From: Phoronis australis
Lineage: Eukaryota > Animalia > Phoronida
DNA length: 64,000 bases
Assembly: GCA_002633005.1 (NCBI GenBank)
Contig: NMRA01000353.1
Location: forward strand, 195,625 to 259,624
Reading direction: 5' to 3'
Of the stretch, positions 49,801 to 58,800 are shown piece by piece. The notes under the pieces were generated by a model that was not told the DNA's origin, did not search any database, and saw nothing but the letters and a program-made list of their open reading frames with translations. Position 1 is the first letter of the stretch, and the number at the start of each line of letters is the position of its first letter. Both the position numbers and the translations under genes were made by a program.

Positions 49801-52398
49801 GCCTAGCATAACACTGAAAATAACACAAAACCCAACTTAATAATAACAATAAAATAAAAATAAAAATAAAAAGTAAAAAATAATAATAATAATCGTAATC
49901 ATAAGGCAATGGGATATTCATACTCATTTTACGTGACATAACATTTTTCTTAAGGTTAATGACAAACCTGCATATTAAGTCAACTATTTACAAAAATATC
50001 TACTTGTACTACATAAAAATTCAGTGAAATTACACATTTTAAAACTGAAAAGAGTTTTGCTTTTGACTTTTTATCAATCTACAGTTAATTGGGTCACGTG
50101 AATATGTCTTTGTAGTAAAATTCAGCAAATAAGAAAGGTAATTGATGGCAAAACAACAGCATTAAACACCATTTGAGAACAATGCACAGAGCATACCGTT
50201 GTATCTACAAGTGTCATATGAATCCAATTACTCATTTCTGAACCAAATTTGGGGATTTTTATAGGGTCCAGCATAACCTTAAGTGATTTAATCAATGCAG
50301 CAGACATAGACAAATGACAGCCCAGGAATTTCTTGGTATCCTTCTACAAGCAATCCTCAACAACTAAGCAGTTACTTAAATACATTAATCAATAAATGTT
50401 TAACAGGCCTCTACAGTTTGTGACTGTCAGAGACTGCTGTCATGTCTTACACCTGGGTGTTGCTGATGTGCTCAAGTAATTTTTTTTCAGTTTGGGACAC
50501 AAATTTCTCAACATAAATAACTTTCAAGAAATTTACTTAGCTTCTGGCATGGTTTTTAAGATGTCGTTACTACCAAACAACAATTGGTAAACTTTTGAGC
50601 ACTTGCAATGTATGTTAGCATCTGATAAATAGAAATATGGCAATTTTAGCAGTTATTTTTGTCCCAAATTGAAGAATTTCAAACCAGTGATGGACGAGTG
50701 AGTGAGACTTTTATAATGTTTAACAATATATGGTAGCCAACTGAGAGACATTGCAATACGATATATGTAACAACAAAGCAGTAATATTCCAATATCTTAT
50801 TTTTAATTTTGGAATCTGATTTCATTGAAAACTGGAAATGCCATAAAGAATGTGATTAATTGTTCATGAATTGTACACTACAGTCCACAATGCACAAACA
50901 TTTTGTAAGGATTAATCATTATCAACACCTATCTAAAACATTGCTATAAATATCAACTGTTCAAAGTCTTGATGGAAGTATGAGCAAGCATGGTTTATTA
51001 TATTGACCTGCTCAGTTCAAGCTCTGACAGTTCTGAGTGGCTTAAAACCCACACAGCCATATTCACCAGTTAAAGGACTGAGTAAACACTCTAATCGGGT
51101 TATTGTTGCCATCTTTCAAGCTATAGCTGGCCTCAGACAGAGAGATGGCATACTTCCAATACCTCTCAAAGCAATAATCTTGACACATGCGACATTTGAA
51201 AAACACCATGTATGAGACAAGCAGAGGTTATATCAAATAGCAGAGGAGTATAAGAAATGCTATACAACTATGGGTTCTGTAAATGAGGTTGGAAATAGCA
51301 GTGATTTTAATAGGGAAAGATATGCGATCATTAGCCATAGAAGGCCCTTTCATATTGACTTAACTCCAGTGTGAGCGGAGCGTCGATGTAAACAGCGCAG
51401 TTAACTGGACCATTCATACTGGCTTCGGTAATGAACATCGAAGTAAACGAGAGGTGACGCAGTCGTCATCGAAGTTATCGCAAAATATAAGCAGCTATTA
51501 GTGATGGCACTACCCTGTAATTGTTGATGATAACAGTGCCACCTGGCGATAACTTCGACTGGACCGAAGTTAACCGTTCATACTGTGTCGACGCTGCGCT
51601 GTTAAATCCACCTGTTAACTGTGATGTTAACTGGAGCTGTTAACTTCGATCCAGGACTGGAGTTAAGCCTTCATACTGACCCCGCAAATCCCCAAACCAT
51701 AAATGTGTCGACGTGAGTATGAAAGACTCTAGAGTGACACACTCATGATATTCTACAACTTACAGTGGCTTCAGTTAAGCTGCCAGTAACAAAATTCCCC
51801 AATTTGGGACACTGAAAAGTTAATTATTTTGCTCAAGATTGGTGCTTATCTCAAATTCTATAAATAGACAATATATAATATATGCTGTCCCAAATCTACG
51901 AATCACTGGAAAGATGGCAAAATTACACACTCTGTAGAATTAAAACACATTGTCCAAAATCACCCTTGTCCCAAATTCCAGAATAAACCAGAATCACAAA
52001 AATTCAACTTTTGCAGGAGTTACCATGTCCCAACCTCTAGAGACTAGACCAAATTCGAGAATATTTACCACATTTTTCCATAGTTCAGACATATGGCAAC
52101 ACCAACCACTGACGAATCTCATAGTTATTTTGTTTAAGAACATTCAACACATTTATTAATAAAAAAATTAAGAGTTACCTCCAATCTTGTACGTCACATT
52201 GTCCTTGGATGTGTATGACAGTATCTTCTGCTCTCTTCTCATCGGCTTCTTCAAACGCCCTCGCTTCCTTCCTGGCCCTTTGACCCCACCCATGAGTTTG
52301 GTGGCAGTAGACAGTGAGCAATGACCAGGGAGACTCTCCCCCTCTTTATAATGGGTGCTGGCCACGGGCTCTGGCACAAAATGGTACTCCTGCTCCAT
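4994..52398 (-). CDS. RERE: Arginine-glutamic acid dipeptide repeats protein / atrophin family corepressor (BAH-ELM2-SANT-GATA ZnF-atrophin); 23 coding exons, about 1090 aa
   Basis: Manual splicing: complement join(52179-52398, 48089-48159, 44066-44171, 37522-37618, 35046-35199, 32060-32193, 31132-31231, 30621-30719, 27790-27870, 15678-15810, 12958-13056, 12377-12570, 11346-11480, 10817-10981, 9897-10132, 9153-9300, 8770-8896, 7944-8067, 7539-7663, 7178-7366, 6021-6299, 5313-5482, 4994-5080) = 3273 nt. All introns are GT-AG and phases are consistent. The peptides [90 protein letters not shown] and [16 protein letters not shown] match RERE/atrophin as I recall it. Confidence 0.95.
5313..5482 (-). 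CDS. RERE: RERE exon 22
   Basis: Encodes [57 protein letters not shown]. Confidence 0.9.
6021..6299 (-). CDS. RERE: RERE exon 21 (His-rich atrophin motif)
   Basis: Encodes GMPPGG...[25 protein letters not shown]...[16 protein letters not shown]...FLPPFLP. Confidence 0.93.
7178..7366 (-). CDS. RERE: RERE exon 20
   Basis: Encodes [63 protein letters not shown]; cag/gttagt boundaries. Confidence 0.9.
7539..7663 (-). CDS. RERE: RERE exon 19 (RE dipeptide repeat)
   Basis: Encodes [41 protein letters not shown]. Confidence 0.92.
7944..8067 (-). CDS. RERE: RERE exon 18
   Basis: Encodes [42 protein letters not shown]. Confidence 0.92.
8770..8896 (-). CDS. RERE: RERE exon 17
   Basis: Encodes [42 protein letters not shown]; donor gtatg. 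Confidence 0.9.
9153..9300 (-). CDS. RERE: RERE exon 16 (atrophin conserved block)
   Basis: Encodes [49 protein letters not shown]; donor gtaaga. Confidence 0.92.
9897..10132 (-). CDS. RERE: RERE exon 15 (Pro/Ser-rich; start of the atrophin conserved block)
   Basis: Encodes [13 protein letters not shown]...IKEE...[21 protein letters not shown]. Confidence 0.9.
10817..10981 (-). CDS. RERE: RERE exon 14
   Basis: Encodes [28 protein letters not shown]...NDGDVENNQ; phase 0-0. Confidence 0.87.
11346..11480 (-). CDS. RERE: RERE exon 13 (low-complexity region)
   Basis: Encodes [45 protein letters not shown]; cag/gtaat boundaries, phase 0-0. Confidence 0.85.
12003..12361. repeat. Minisatellite with ~57-bp and ~41-bp unit variants, abutting the exon 12 donor
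   Basis: About 7 copies of the core gctccagtctgccatgcatcacagctaggggtcagttt. Confidence 0.9.
12377..12570 (-). CDS. RERE: RERE exon 12 (second half of the GATA-type zinc finger)
   Basis: Encodes [27 protein letters not shown]...[10 protein letters not shown]; completes C-x2-C-x18-C-x2-C. Confidence 0.93.
12958..13056 (-). CDS. RERE: RERE exon 11 (acidic linker, first half of the GATA-type zinc finger)
   Basis: Encodes [32 protein letters not shown]. Confidence 0.93.
13812..14702 (-). mobile_element. Possible decayed hAT element
   Basis: Imperfect ends CAGCGATTTATAC / GTATAAACACCTG, subterminal GACGGCC repeats and frameshifted traces resembling the hAT 'MN..T..RNRL' motif near 14220-14300. 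No TSD. Confidence 0.3.
15678..15810 (-). CDS. RERE: RERE exon 10 (SANT end)
   Basis: Encodes [44 protein letters not shown]; tag/gtaag boundaries. Confidence 0.94.
15865..16240. repeat. Repeat/MITE fragment with duplicated TGGCGAC...GGTCGCCA motifs
   Basis: tttggcgactgggatttttgccaggtcgccaagtg (15900) recurs at 16173. Confidence 0.45.
18186..18308. repeat. Minisatellite, 40-bp unit, 3 copies
   Basis: Unit caatgttcacgtcagtgcatatagaccaccgtggattaca. Confidence 0.9.
21770..24875. mobile_element. Cluster of three nested Helentron-associated (HINE / DINE-1 / pearl-like) non-autonomous elements with ~150-bp internal tandem repeats
   Basis: Left ends AACAAGAGCAAC at ~21856 and AACAACAGCAAC at ~22645. 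Right ends with (GACG/GACA)n followed by CATAAAA at ~24361, ~24707 and ~24875; the first two also carry the CACATAT..ATATGTG hairpin. Subterminal inverted repeat ATGCACCCAC / GTGGG(T/C)GCAT. Confidence 0.8.
26431..26708. repeat. Minisatellite, 21-bp unit, about 13 copies
   Basis: Unit tgctgagatagtatcattatg. Confidence 0.92.
27790..27870 (-). CDS. RERE: RERE exon 9 (SANT)
   Basis: Encodes [27 protein letters not shown]; cag/gtaag boundaries. Confidence 0.95.
28600..29487 (+). mobile_element. Internally deleted Kolobok-type DNA transposon
   Basis: Long imperfect TIRs of about 200 bp (AGGCGAAGGCAACC...GGTTGCCTACGCCT) flanked by TAAA and TTAA. Contains a THAP-like start and a zinc-finger remnant. 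Confidence 0.75.
28845..29183 (+). pseudogene. Transposase remnant (THAP-like N-terminus fused to a C2-CH motif, with an in-frame stop)
   Basis: [12 protein letters not shown]...[21 protein letters not shown]...[20 protein letters not shown]. Confidence 0.65.
30621..30719 (-). CDS. RERE: RERE exon 8 (ELM2 end / SANT start)
   Basis: Encodes [33 protein letters not shown]; tag/gtaagt boundaries. Confidence 0.95.
31132..31231 (-). CDS. RERE: RERE exon 7 (ELM2)
   Basis: Encodes [33 protein letters not shown]; cag/gtaagt boundaries. Confidence 0.95.
31310..31446. repeat. Minisatellite, 18-bp unit, about 7 copies
   Basis: Unit acacggcggtgagtgcga. Confidence 0.9.
31636..31730. repeat. Minisatellite, 24-bp unit, about 4 copies
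   Basis: Unit ggtcactagggtccaccacacctt. Confidence 0.85.
31902..31954. repeat. 17-bp tandem repeat, 3 copies
   Basis: Unit ctgagccaccatggcaa. Confidence 0.85.
32060..32193 (-). CDS. RERE: RERE exon 6 (ELM2)
   Basis: Encodes [45 protein letters not shown]; tag/gttag boundaries. Confidence 0.95.
33289..35007. mobile_element. HINE-like element of the same family, full length
   Basis: AACAAGAGCAACATGGAGCGTTG left end, about 11 internal monomers, GGACGGAC microsatellite and GTGGGTGCATAAAA right end. Confidence 0.82.
35046..35199 (-). CDS. RERE: RERE exon 5 (BAH end / ELM2 start)
   Basis: Encodes [51 protein letters not shown]. Confidence 0.95.
35443..35666. repeat. Minisatellite, ~74-bp unit, 3 copies
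   Basis: Unit tatgttacggccatatgtagcttaaataagacaaagtagttcagtcatgagagttgctgacatagtacgtgccc. Confidence 0.9.
37522..37618 (-). CDS. RERE: RERE exon 4 (BAH)
   Basis: Encodes [32 protein letters not shown]; cag/gtgag boundaries. Confidence 0.93.
37965..38495. mobile_element. CpG-rich MITE with long terminal inverted repeats
   Basis: AAGCGTGTTCAACAGAGTGAGTGCCCGC...GCGGGCGCTCACTCTATTGAACATGCTT. It interrupts a local repeat unit (ccagtgttagagctgagtaag occurs on both sides). Confidence 0.8.
40309..40804 (+). mobile_element. PIF/Harbinger-like (Tourist-type) MITE, copy 1
   Basis: TAA|GGCCCCTTCATACTAAC...GTTAGTATGAAAGAGCC. The interior is shared with the copies at 51343, 55143 and 56495. Confidence 0.75.
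43838..43893. repeat. (CA)n microsatellite
   Basis: Run of cacacaca. Confidence 0.95.
44066..44171 (-). CDS. RERE: RERE exon 3 (BAH)
   Basis: Encodes [35 protein letters not shown]; cag/gtaag boundaries. Confidence 0.95.
44785..46507. mobile_element. HINE-like element of the same family, interrupted by a hAT MITE
   Basis: AACAACAGCAACGCAGAGTGTTG...ATGCACCCAC left end, about 8 monomers, GACGG repeats and the CCACATAT-AA-ATATGTGG hairpin at the right end. Confidence 0.82.
45990..46346. mobile_element. Non-autonomous hAT MITE
   Basis: TIRs CAGGCCTTTAT...ATAAAGGCCTG with a perfect 8-bp TSD ATGCCGTC (45982-45989 and 46347-46354). Confidence 0.9.
46640..46812. mobile_element. Right-end fragment of a related HINE subfamily with a 48-bp internal duplication
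   Basis: gacacacggatgcc repeats, a CCACA...TGTGG hairpin and a GCATAAAAA terminus resembling the other HINE ends. Confidence 0.5.
48089..48159 (-). CDS. RERE: RERE exon 2 (BAH)
   Basis: cag|AT...CTG|gtaagt. Encodes [24 protein letters not shown], similar to vertebrate [24 protein letters not shown]. Confidence 0.92.
48324..50374. repeat. Near-identical ~0.9-1 kb duplication (48324-49322 / 49513-50374), probably allelic
   Basis: Direct repeat separated by a MITE end and a single n; the copies differ by SNPs and a ~137-bp indel. Confidence 0.85.
49323..49511. mobile_element. Left end of a Tc1/mariner-type MITE, truncated at an assembly join
   Basis: TA|CCGTAATCGTTCGGGTTAACGCCC terminus with internal TTAACCGCCC repeats. 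It is absent from the second copy of this region (empty TA at 50373-50374) and ends at the n at 49512. Confidence 0.7.
51343..51729 (+). mobile_element. Harbinger-like MITE, copy 2
   Basis: GGCCCTTTCATATTGAC...GTGAGTATGAAAGACTC; clearly similar to 56495-56973. Confidence 0.75.
52179..52398 (-). CDS. RERE: RERE coding exon 1 (start ATG; basic NLS-like [11 protein letters not shown]; start of BAH)
   Basis: ATG at 52398 with an in-frame TAA upstream. Encodes [10 protein letters not shown]...[13 protein letters not shown]. Donor G|gtaac, phase 1. The exon's acceptor is at 52499-52501. Confidence 0.85.
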
Positions 52399-53970
52399 CA
52401 CTGCCTTCAGCTCAGTCAGTATTTACCACAAGATATGTCAGCTATGTCAGCTTACTTCCTCCCTCAGTTATGGAGGAGGTGTCATTATTCACCATAGCCT
52501 GCAAGAGATGAGTCTTACTATCAGCAACACAATTCACAGAATAGCAGTAGCCAGATAGCACAGGGTGTGAAATACTGAGGCTTAAAAATCAACATCAGTT
52601 GACTATCTCACTGTAATATCACATAGGAACAGCATTAGGTAGACTATGTGACAGTGAGACACTAACTACCCTCAACTTATCCCTAAACCTATCTCAAAGT
52701 TGTACTGATAGGCCAACAGTAATGTAAGCACTCTAAAGCTAATGAGCTCTAGAGGCATGGGTCCCAGATGGTCAATTGATCGTTCCAAGCAGGCTGAGCC
52801 AACAGGAAGACTTGTAACTGTTAACAAATGACAGTTTCAGGGCAAGACAGTGTCACTCAATGCAACTGAAGACAGTTCATTTCCTCTTTACTTGGTATAT
52901 CCCAGTATCACTGACACAGTAAAAGTCACAACTTATTACATAATCACAATAATTCATTGCTTATCTTAAGTGTTTTTGTCAACTGTTTATGTAACAAATT
53001 GTCAGTTTTTGAAACACTATTGAGGTAAGTTCCTATGGATCCCAGACCTACATATTTACTTACTATTATATTCAAAGTCCACACAGTCATGTTTTAGGGC
53101 TTCAATCGCCAAGCTCGAGTCGAGTAAGAAATCAAAACACGCTGAACGTTCTCACTGACACTATGGGCTTGTTAAGAATGACGTCATATTGATGTTTTGT
53201 AGCTACTCAAATAGAATTGAAGAGTCAAATTTAAAAATAATAATTATGCGAGATTTTATGTAACACTTTAAATTATTAAGCACTTTGAAAATTATCACCA
53301 AGCAGTGGACCTGGTCAATTAAAATTAAATCTCAACTCATCAGCTACATACAGCAGATGCATACAATATGTGCATCTGTTGTCAGCGCAAACTAATTAAA
53401 ACTTATCATATAATTTTGCGAGTTCCAAGAGCTAAAATGCCCCTGCTGTTACCAGAATTGGAAAAACACCCAAGACCTGCAATTTTTTTCAATGTGATCT
53501 GACAGCATTTTTATTCTTATTTATAGGTCCAAGTCATGACAAAATAGTGGCAGACACACCGTAATTAAACATTCGTACAGAGACACTGACTCGTTCAACA
53601 CCAAGATTAATTCTTAGTGGAACCATAGCACCAAGGGAAGATGTACTAGAGATGGCACCCAGCCACAGCTGGTCACAGACCCCATTGTTGCATTGTCATT
53701 AAAAGTGTAATTCCACACTTATTTAGTACACAACATGGCCGACAAGTGAAATTCTTTTTTTTTTAATTTTCCACAAAAGTAAATATCAGTAACACTTTAG
53801 TTTATAACAAGCATGCATTGTAGTGTGTAGATATGATAATTAAACACATTTGCTGAAACTACCGTTATTTGCAAAACGGTAATCAGCCTTGCAAAAAGGA
53901 AAATGGGCCATCTTGGCGATTATTTTCGTGCAAACTAAGTGGAGAATTACTGTACGGTATGTGGCCAACA

Positions 53971-54398
53971 TTTCCATACCTTGGACTATGAGTAGTCACG
54001 ACTATGTTTCCATAACTTAGACTATGAGAGGTCACGACTGTTTCCATACCTTGGACTATGAGTAGTCACAACTATTGTTTTCATACCTTAGACTATGAGA
54101 AGTCACAACTATATCTCTATACCTTAGACTACAAGTAGTCACAACTATTGTTTCCATACCTTGGACAATGAGTAGTCACAACTATTGTTTTCATACCTTA
54201 GACTATGAGAAGTCACAACTATCTCTATACCTTAGACTACAAGTAGTCACAACTATTGTTTCCATACCTTGGACTATGAGTAGTCACAACTATTGTTTTC
54301 ATACCTTAGACTATGAGAAGTCACAACTATATCTCTATACCTTAGACTACAAGTAGTCACTATTGTTTCCATACCTTAGACTATGAGTAGTCACGACT
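53971..54398. repeat. Compound minisatellite with ~36-bp subunits in a ~110-bp higher-order unit
   Basis: Variants of ataccttagactatgagtagtcacaactattgtttcc. Confidence 0.9.
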
Positions 54399-54744
54399 AC
54401 CTTTCGACCCTTAATCTGTGATTTTTCAAGCGCATCTCAAATAAAGGCCACTTATTACTGAATAGATTCCAATAACAGTAAAAAATCTTTCAGCAATTAA
54501 AAAACCCACAAAACTTTTATAGGCAAGAGCCAACACACAACTTGTGTAACAGGCGATATAAGCTGCTTTAGAGTTAGTAGGGATTAGTTCGCGGTCAGAA
54601 CATATTCTTGATCAGCATGATAACCTACTGTACCAAATCTCACTTGACAGGACTAACATTCCACCACTTTAGAGCTTCATCGTACTAAACACAACATGTT
54701 ACTATGCTGTACAGATCCAACAACCAACTGCTACATCCATTCTT

Positions 54745-54848
54745 AGTTTGAGACATGTCTAAGTTAGAGACATGTCTAAGTTAGAGACATGTCTAAGTTT
54801 GAGACATGTCTAGGTTTGAGACAGATGTCTAAGTTTCAGTCTAAGTTT
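54745..54848. repeat. 17-bp tandem repeat with the palindromic core AGACATGTCT
   Basis: About 5 copies of gtt(t/a)gagacatgtctaa. Confidence 0.85.
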
Positions 54849-55142
54849 AAATTGTACAGTGAACAGTGAGTAGATATCAACAGCAACAACGCCGAGAGTG
54901 CGTGAAATGTTGGGAAGAACTACGCACTGCAGTGATAAGGGGAGATAATTTAGGAGGGTAGGGCAATAAAGTCTAGACCAAACCTTTCACAATGCACTTA
55001 AGTAATCAGACCAACTTTAGTCCGCTCGATAGTCTAGTCTTTTCGAGAGTACTAACTTTAGTATGTTACTAAATTTAGACTGGTCTAAATCACCTTTGGC
55101 ATCGGGTATAAACTTTCTGGGTCGAGAAAGAATGTTAAATCA

Positions 55143-55493
55143 ACGGTCAACTCCAGTCCCATCGAAGTTATCGCCAGGCCTCAGTTATCGTCAACAATCT
55201 AAGGGCAGTGTCGTTTCAAATAATTGATTACATCTTGCTCAAATAATCACCAATGGAATAAGACGTTTTACGTGAATTAGCACATGCAAATTTTCCCAAA
55301 TTGTCTCATTAAAACAATCTTAGCGTGCACGCGATGCATCGGTGCTACCTTATGATTACTTCGATGACAACAGCGTCACTACAGTTTACTTTGATGTCCG
55401 TTAACTACTGAAACCAGTATGAACAGTTCAGTTATCTTCGTAGTTAACGTTTTTGCTCCGCTCAGACCAGAGTGAAGTCAGTATGAAAGGGCC
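55143..55493 (-). mobile_element. Harbinger-like MITE, copy 3 (inverted, partial)
   Basis: Ends GTCAGTATGAAAGGGCC|TAA; the interior is the reverse complement of the other copies. Confidence 0.7.
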
Positions 55494-56494
55494 TAAAAAG
55501 TTTATGACGGTCAGACAGCGGAAATAATAGCTATGATTATTGTAATGTGTGAATCAAAGAGTTTATGATAGTGAGACACTATGAAAAATAGCCACGATTA
55601 TTATTGAGAATACTTGATATTCGAATAAACGTGCATTTTTACAAAAATGGGATCTAGTTACATACAATTAGCCATTTTATGCTCTAACCTATGGCTAAAG
55701 GTTGGAAAATCACAAGTCTTAAGTTATGGGGCCATGCTCTTAAGGTAATAACATTATTCAGACTTACTACATCCTAGATGGAGTCCCACTTCAGCATATA
55801 ACATGATTTTACTGCCATTCTCATATGAAATTTAGTGGAAGTAATCCTGTTATTTTTTCCGCTACAATTTCAATTGGAAATAAATTTGCATTGGGACATG
55901 ATTTACTCAGTATTCTAAATTTCAGTAAATTCGCCTGGATTCATACCAGGACATTTTATTCCTTGGTTACCACCGTTTGTTTGCTCAATTGCTTGTGGAA
56001 TTAATGCTGTTCATGTTTTCTTGAAATATTTCCGGAATTTCAAATACACTGGAACGGTTTTTATTAGTTAAATAAATCAAGATTATTCTAAAAATACAAG
56101 CACAAATTTATGATGTGTTATTAGTGGCTACTACCCTGGTTAAGTGATTACTTAGTTTTACAGTAACTTTAGATTACCCTGGCTGCAAGCCTGCCCTACT
56201 CAAGCTATAAAACCTTGCCTGTGTCAACACTTCACAACAGCTGGATGTCTGATTGGTTAAATGTTCATGTTTTGAATTCAAAAGATGTTTCTGTACAGTT
56301 TTGTAAAAGTATTTGAAAGAGGATACAGGAAAATACATGGCTACCAAAATAATAATTGCATATCTAAATTTATAAGAGCTGACAACCCTGCTACGAGTAA
56401 TTAAAATTTCAACAAGCATTGATTAATTACAATGGTAAAGAAGAAACTGTACAAGTACAAATTCCTTTAAACTTTTTTGTGACTGTAGACACAA

Positions 56495-56973
56495 GGCCCT
56501 TTCATATTGACTTAACTCCGGTCTGAGCGCGTCGATGTAAACAGCGCAGTTAACTGGACCGTTCATACTGGCTTCGGTAGTTAATGAGCATCGAAGTAAA
56601 GGGTTGGTGACGCTAACATCATCGAAGTTATCGCAAGGTAGCGCTGCACGCTAAGATTTTTTCAATGTGACAATTTGGGAACATTTAAATGTGCTACATC
56701 GATTGGTTATCATTAGAGCAAAAAATAAGTAGTTATTAGTGACGGCACTACTCTGTAACTGTTGCCGATAACAGTGGCACCTGGCGATAACTTCGATTGG
56801 ACCAGAGTTAAGCGTTCATACTGCACTGCAGCGTCAACACTGTGGTCTTAAATCCACCTGTTAACAGCGATGTTAAGTGGAGCTGTTAACTGCGATCCAG
56901 GACCGGAGTTAAGCGTTCATACTGACTGCAACTCCCCAAACCATCAACGCGTCGACGTTAGTATGAAAGGCCC
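56495..56973 (+). mobile_element. Harbinger-like MITE, copy 4
   Basis: GGCCCTTTCATATTGAC...GTTAGTATGAAAGGCCC|TAA. Confidence 0.78.
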
Positions 56974-57379
56974 TAAAAGCTCACTAAACACCATATTGTT
57001 TGCTCAATGAAACATAGTTATCATTTTAATATCAAACAACATGCAATGAGTACAATCCGAACAGCTCTTGTATCAAAAAACAATGTATAGTCTAGATGAA
57101 GCTTTAAAACAGTTTCTGCTTTCATCCACCATGTTCAAGAGCTAGAAACCACAAACATGGACATAGATGCAAATCCTTGATCCTTGAGAGCAAAAATTGC
57201 CCATGGCTCATCAGACAAATGTATGGTAATTCTTCCAATGTTTATGTAGAACACATCATGGCAAACAAGTGAAATCCAATTTTGTTAATTATATGTATCT
57301 TTAAACTGTGCTGATATAAATCACGGGTAGTGATGTCAGTGCAAGAATTTTAGTTTTTTATACACCATATGTTGGCCAC

Positions 57380-57458
57380 GTCATGTGACCAGGGCTCTAA
57401 CCTGGCACTTTGTGCTAACGGCACAGATGCTCTAGTCAACTGAGCTATTGGGACAACC
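57380..57458 (-). other. Degenerate tRNA-derived element / SINE head, Asn(GTT)-like
   Basis: TAGCTCAGTTGACTAGAGCA D arm, TGTG-CCGTTAG-CACA anticodon arm and a degenerate B box GGTTAGAGCCC. Confidence 0.5.
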
Positions 57459-58459
57459 CGTCGATCACAGGTATCAAATCGAACTCATCTTACTTGTACC
57501 ATATCAATACCTTGATTTATGGCACAGCAATATACATGTATAACCATCCCCAAATTTGGGTAAGATCCCACACTAGGAATACTACTGCCATAACTTATTG
57601 AAAATTCATTCCAGGGAATATCCCAATGAGACCGAACTGAATTTGAGATAGGATATCGCAGTAGTACTCTAACATATGTAGATAGTTATTTATCTCATAC
57701 ACGCTGAATAAGTTGAGCGCAATATAGCCATGTGATATTGTTTTCGGTATTGCACTCATGGGACTACTTCAACAGTGCCCTCTAACATGGAAACTCCAAA
57801 AGTAAGTAAATGTCGACTCAATGTCGTTAGCCGGCTCAATCATCAAACTTTCCCAAAATAATTTTTAAGTCCTAAATTTTAGCAGTATAACACTCATCAT
57901 GCAATCAGGTCCTAAACATAACATCTGGTACAAAACTGTCAAATGCATAACACTTCAGTCTCAGTTTTATTTGCTAAATATTGTATCATCTGCAACTCAG
58001 ACATCAATTCCTCGGTAACTAAAATGTTGAACATTGTTGTTATTTAATTATTTTCAGAAAAAGTTACAAGTTCAAGGCACAATTATCAATATTTCATCTT
58101 TGTTATCTCTTCCCAAGTAGTAAATCATTTAAAACTGTTTCTTTAACTATGAACTTGTAACCTATCGCGCAAGTATATACATACAGGATGTGATCCGCCA
58201 TGTGAACAATCTGGATGAACTATTTACAAAATCTGCCGAAAAATAATTTAAGAAACTAAGAGTTCGAAGTGTACGGGATAAATACAAAACAATTCTGATG
58301 TCATAGATGAAATAATATCCCGCGTATTGACCTCGACTTTCGGTTTTAGTCGATACGCCAAATAGTGTTTCGTTGGATATTATTTCACCTAAGCCACTCT
58401 CAGCACGTTTTGTGTATCACTATTTATCATAAAAATATAACATGAATTTATTTGCATAC

Positions 58460-58800
58460 CTGCGACATCATCTTTCATGCGCCTTGGCTTGTTGTTATGT
58501 GACTATATATGCCATGCGTACCCGAGCCGATTGAGCAAAAAGGTTATCTGTGATGTTGAATAACTAGGTTTCAATTCATACGGTAATAAATTTTCATTAA
58601 GAATTTTCACTTTGTGAAATGAATAAGTTAAAACAACGAACCAATCAACAATATTAAAAGTTCGTAGGAAACTTAGAAACAATACATCCGGGGGGGAATG
58701 TAGAGAATTGTAGTCAGTGAGCTGAATGTCAGCGGTGGGAAAATATTGCAGTGCTAGGAGCACGACGCAGTATAGTTTAATCTCTTTGTCACACAAATTT
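58460..58800 (-). other. Probable non-coding first exon (5' UTR) of RERE
   Basis: Strong minus-strand donor CAG|gtatgc at 58460/58459, next to a locally CpG/GC-richer segment. The first coding exon has an acceptor, so an upstream exon is needed. The 5' boundary is approximate. Confidence 0.4.

Noticed and set aside
58503-58796. 97-aa minus-strand ORF over the putative first exon
   Set aside because: It has a non-ATG start, no recognisable homology, and stops before the splice donor.
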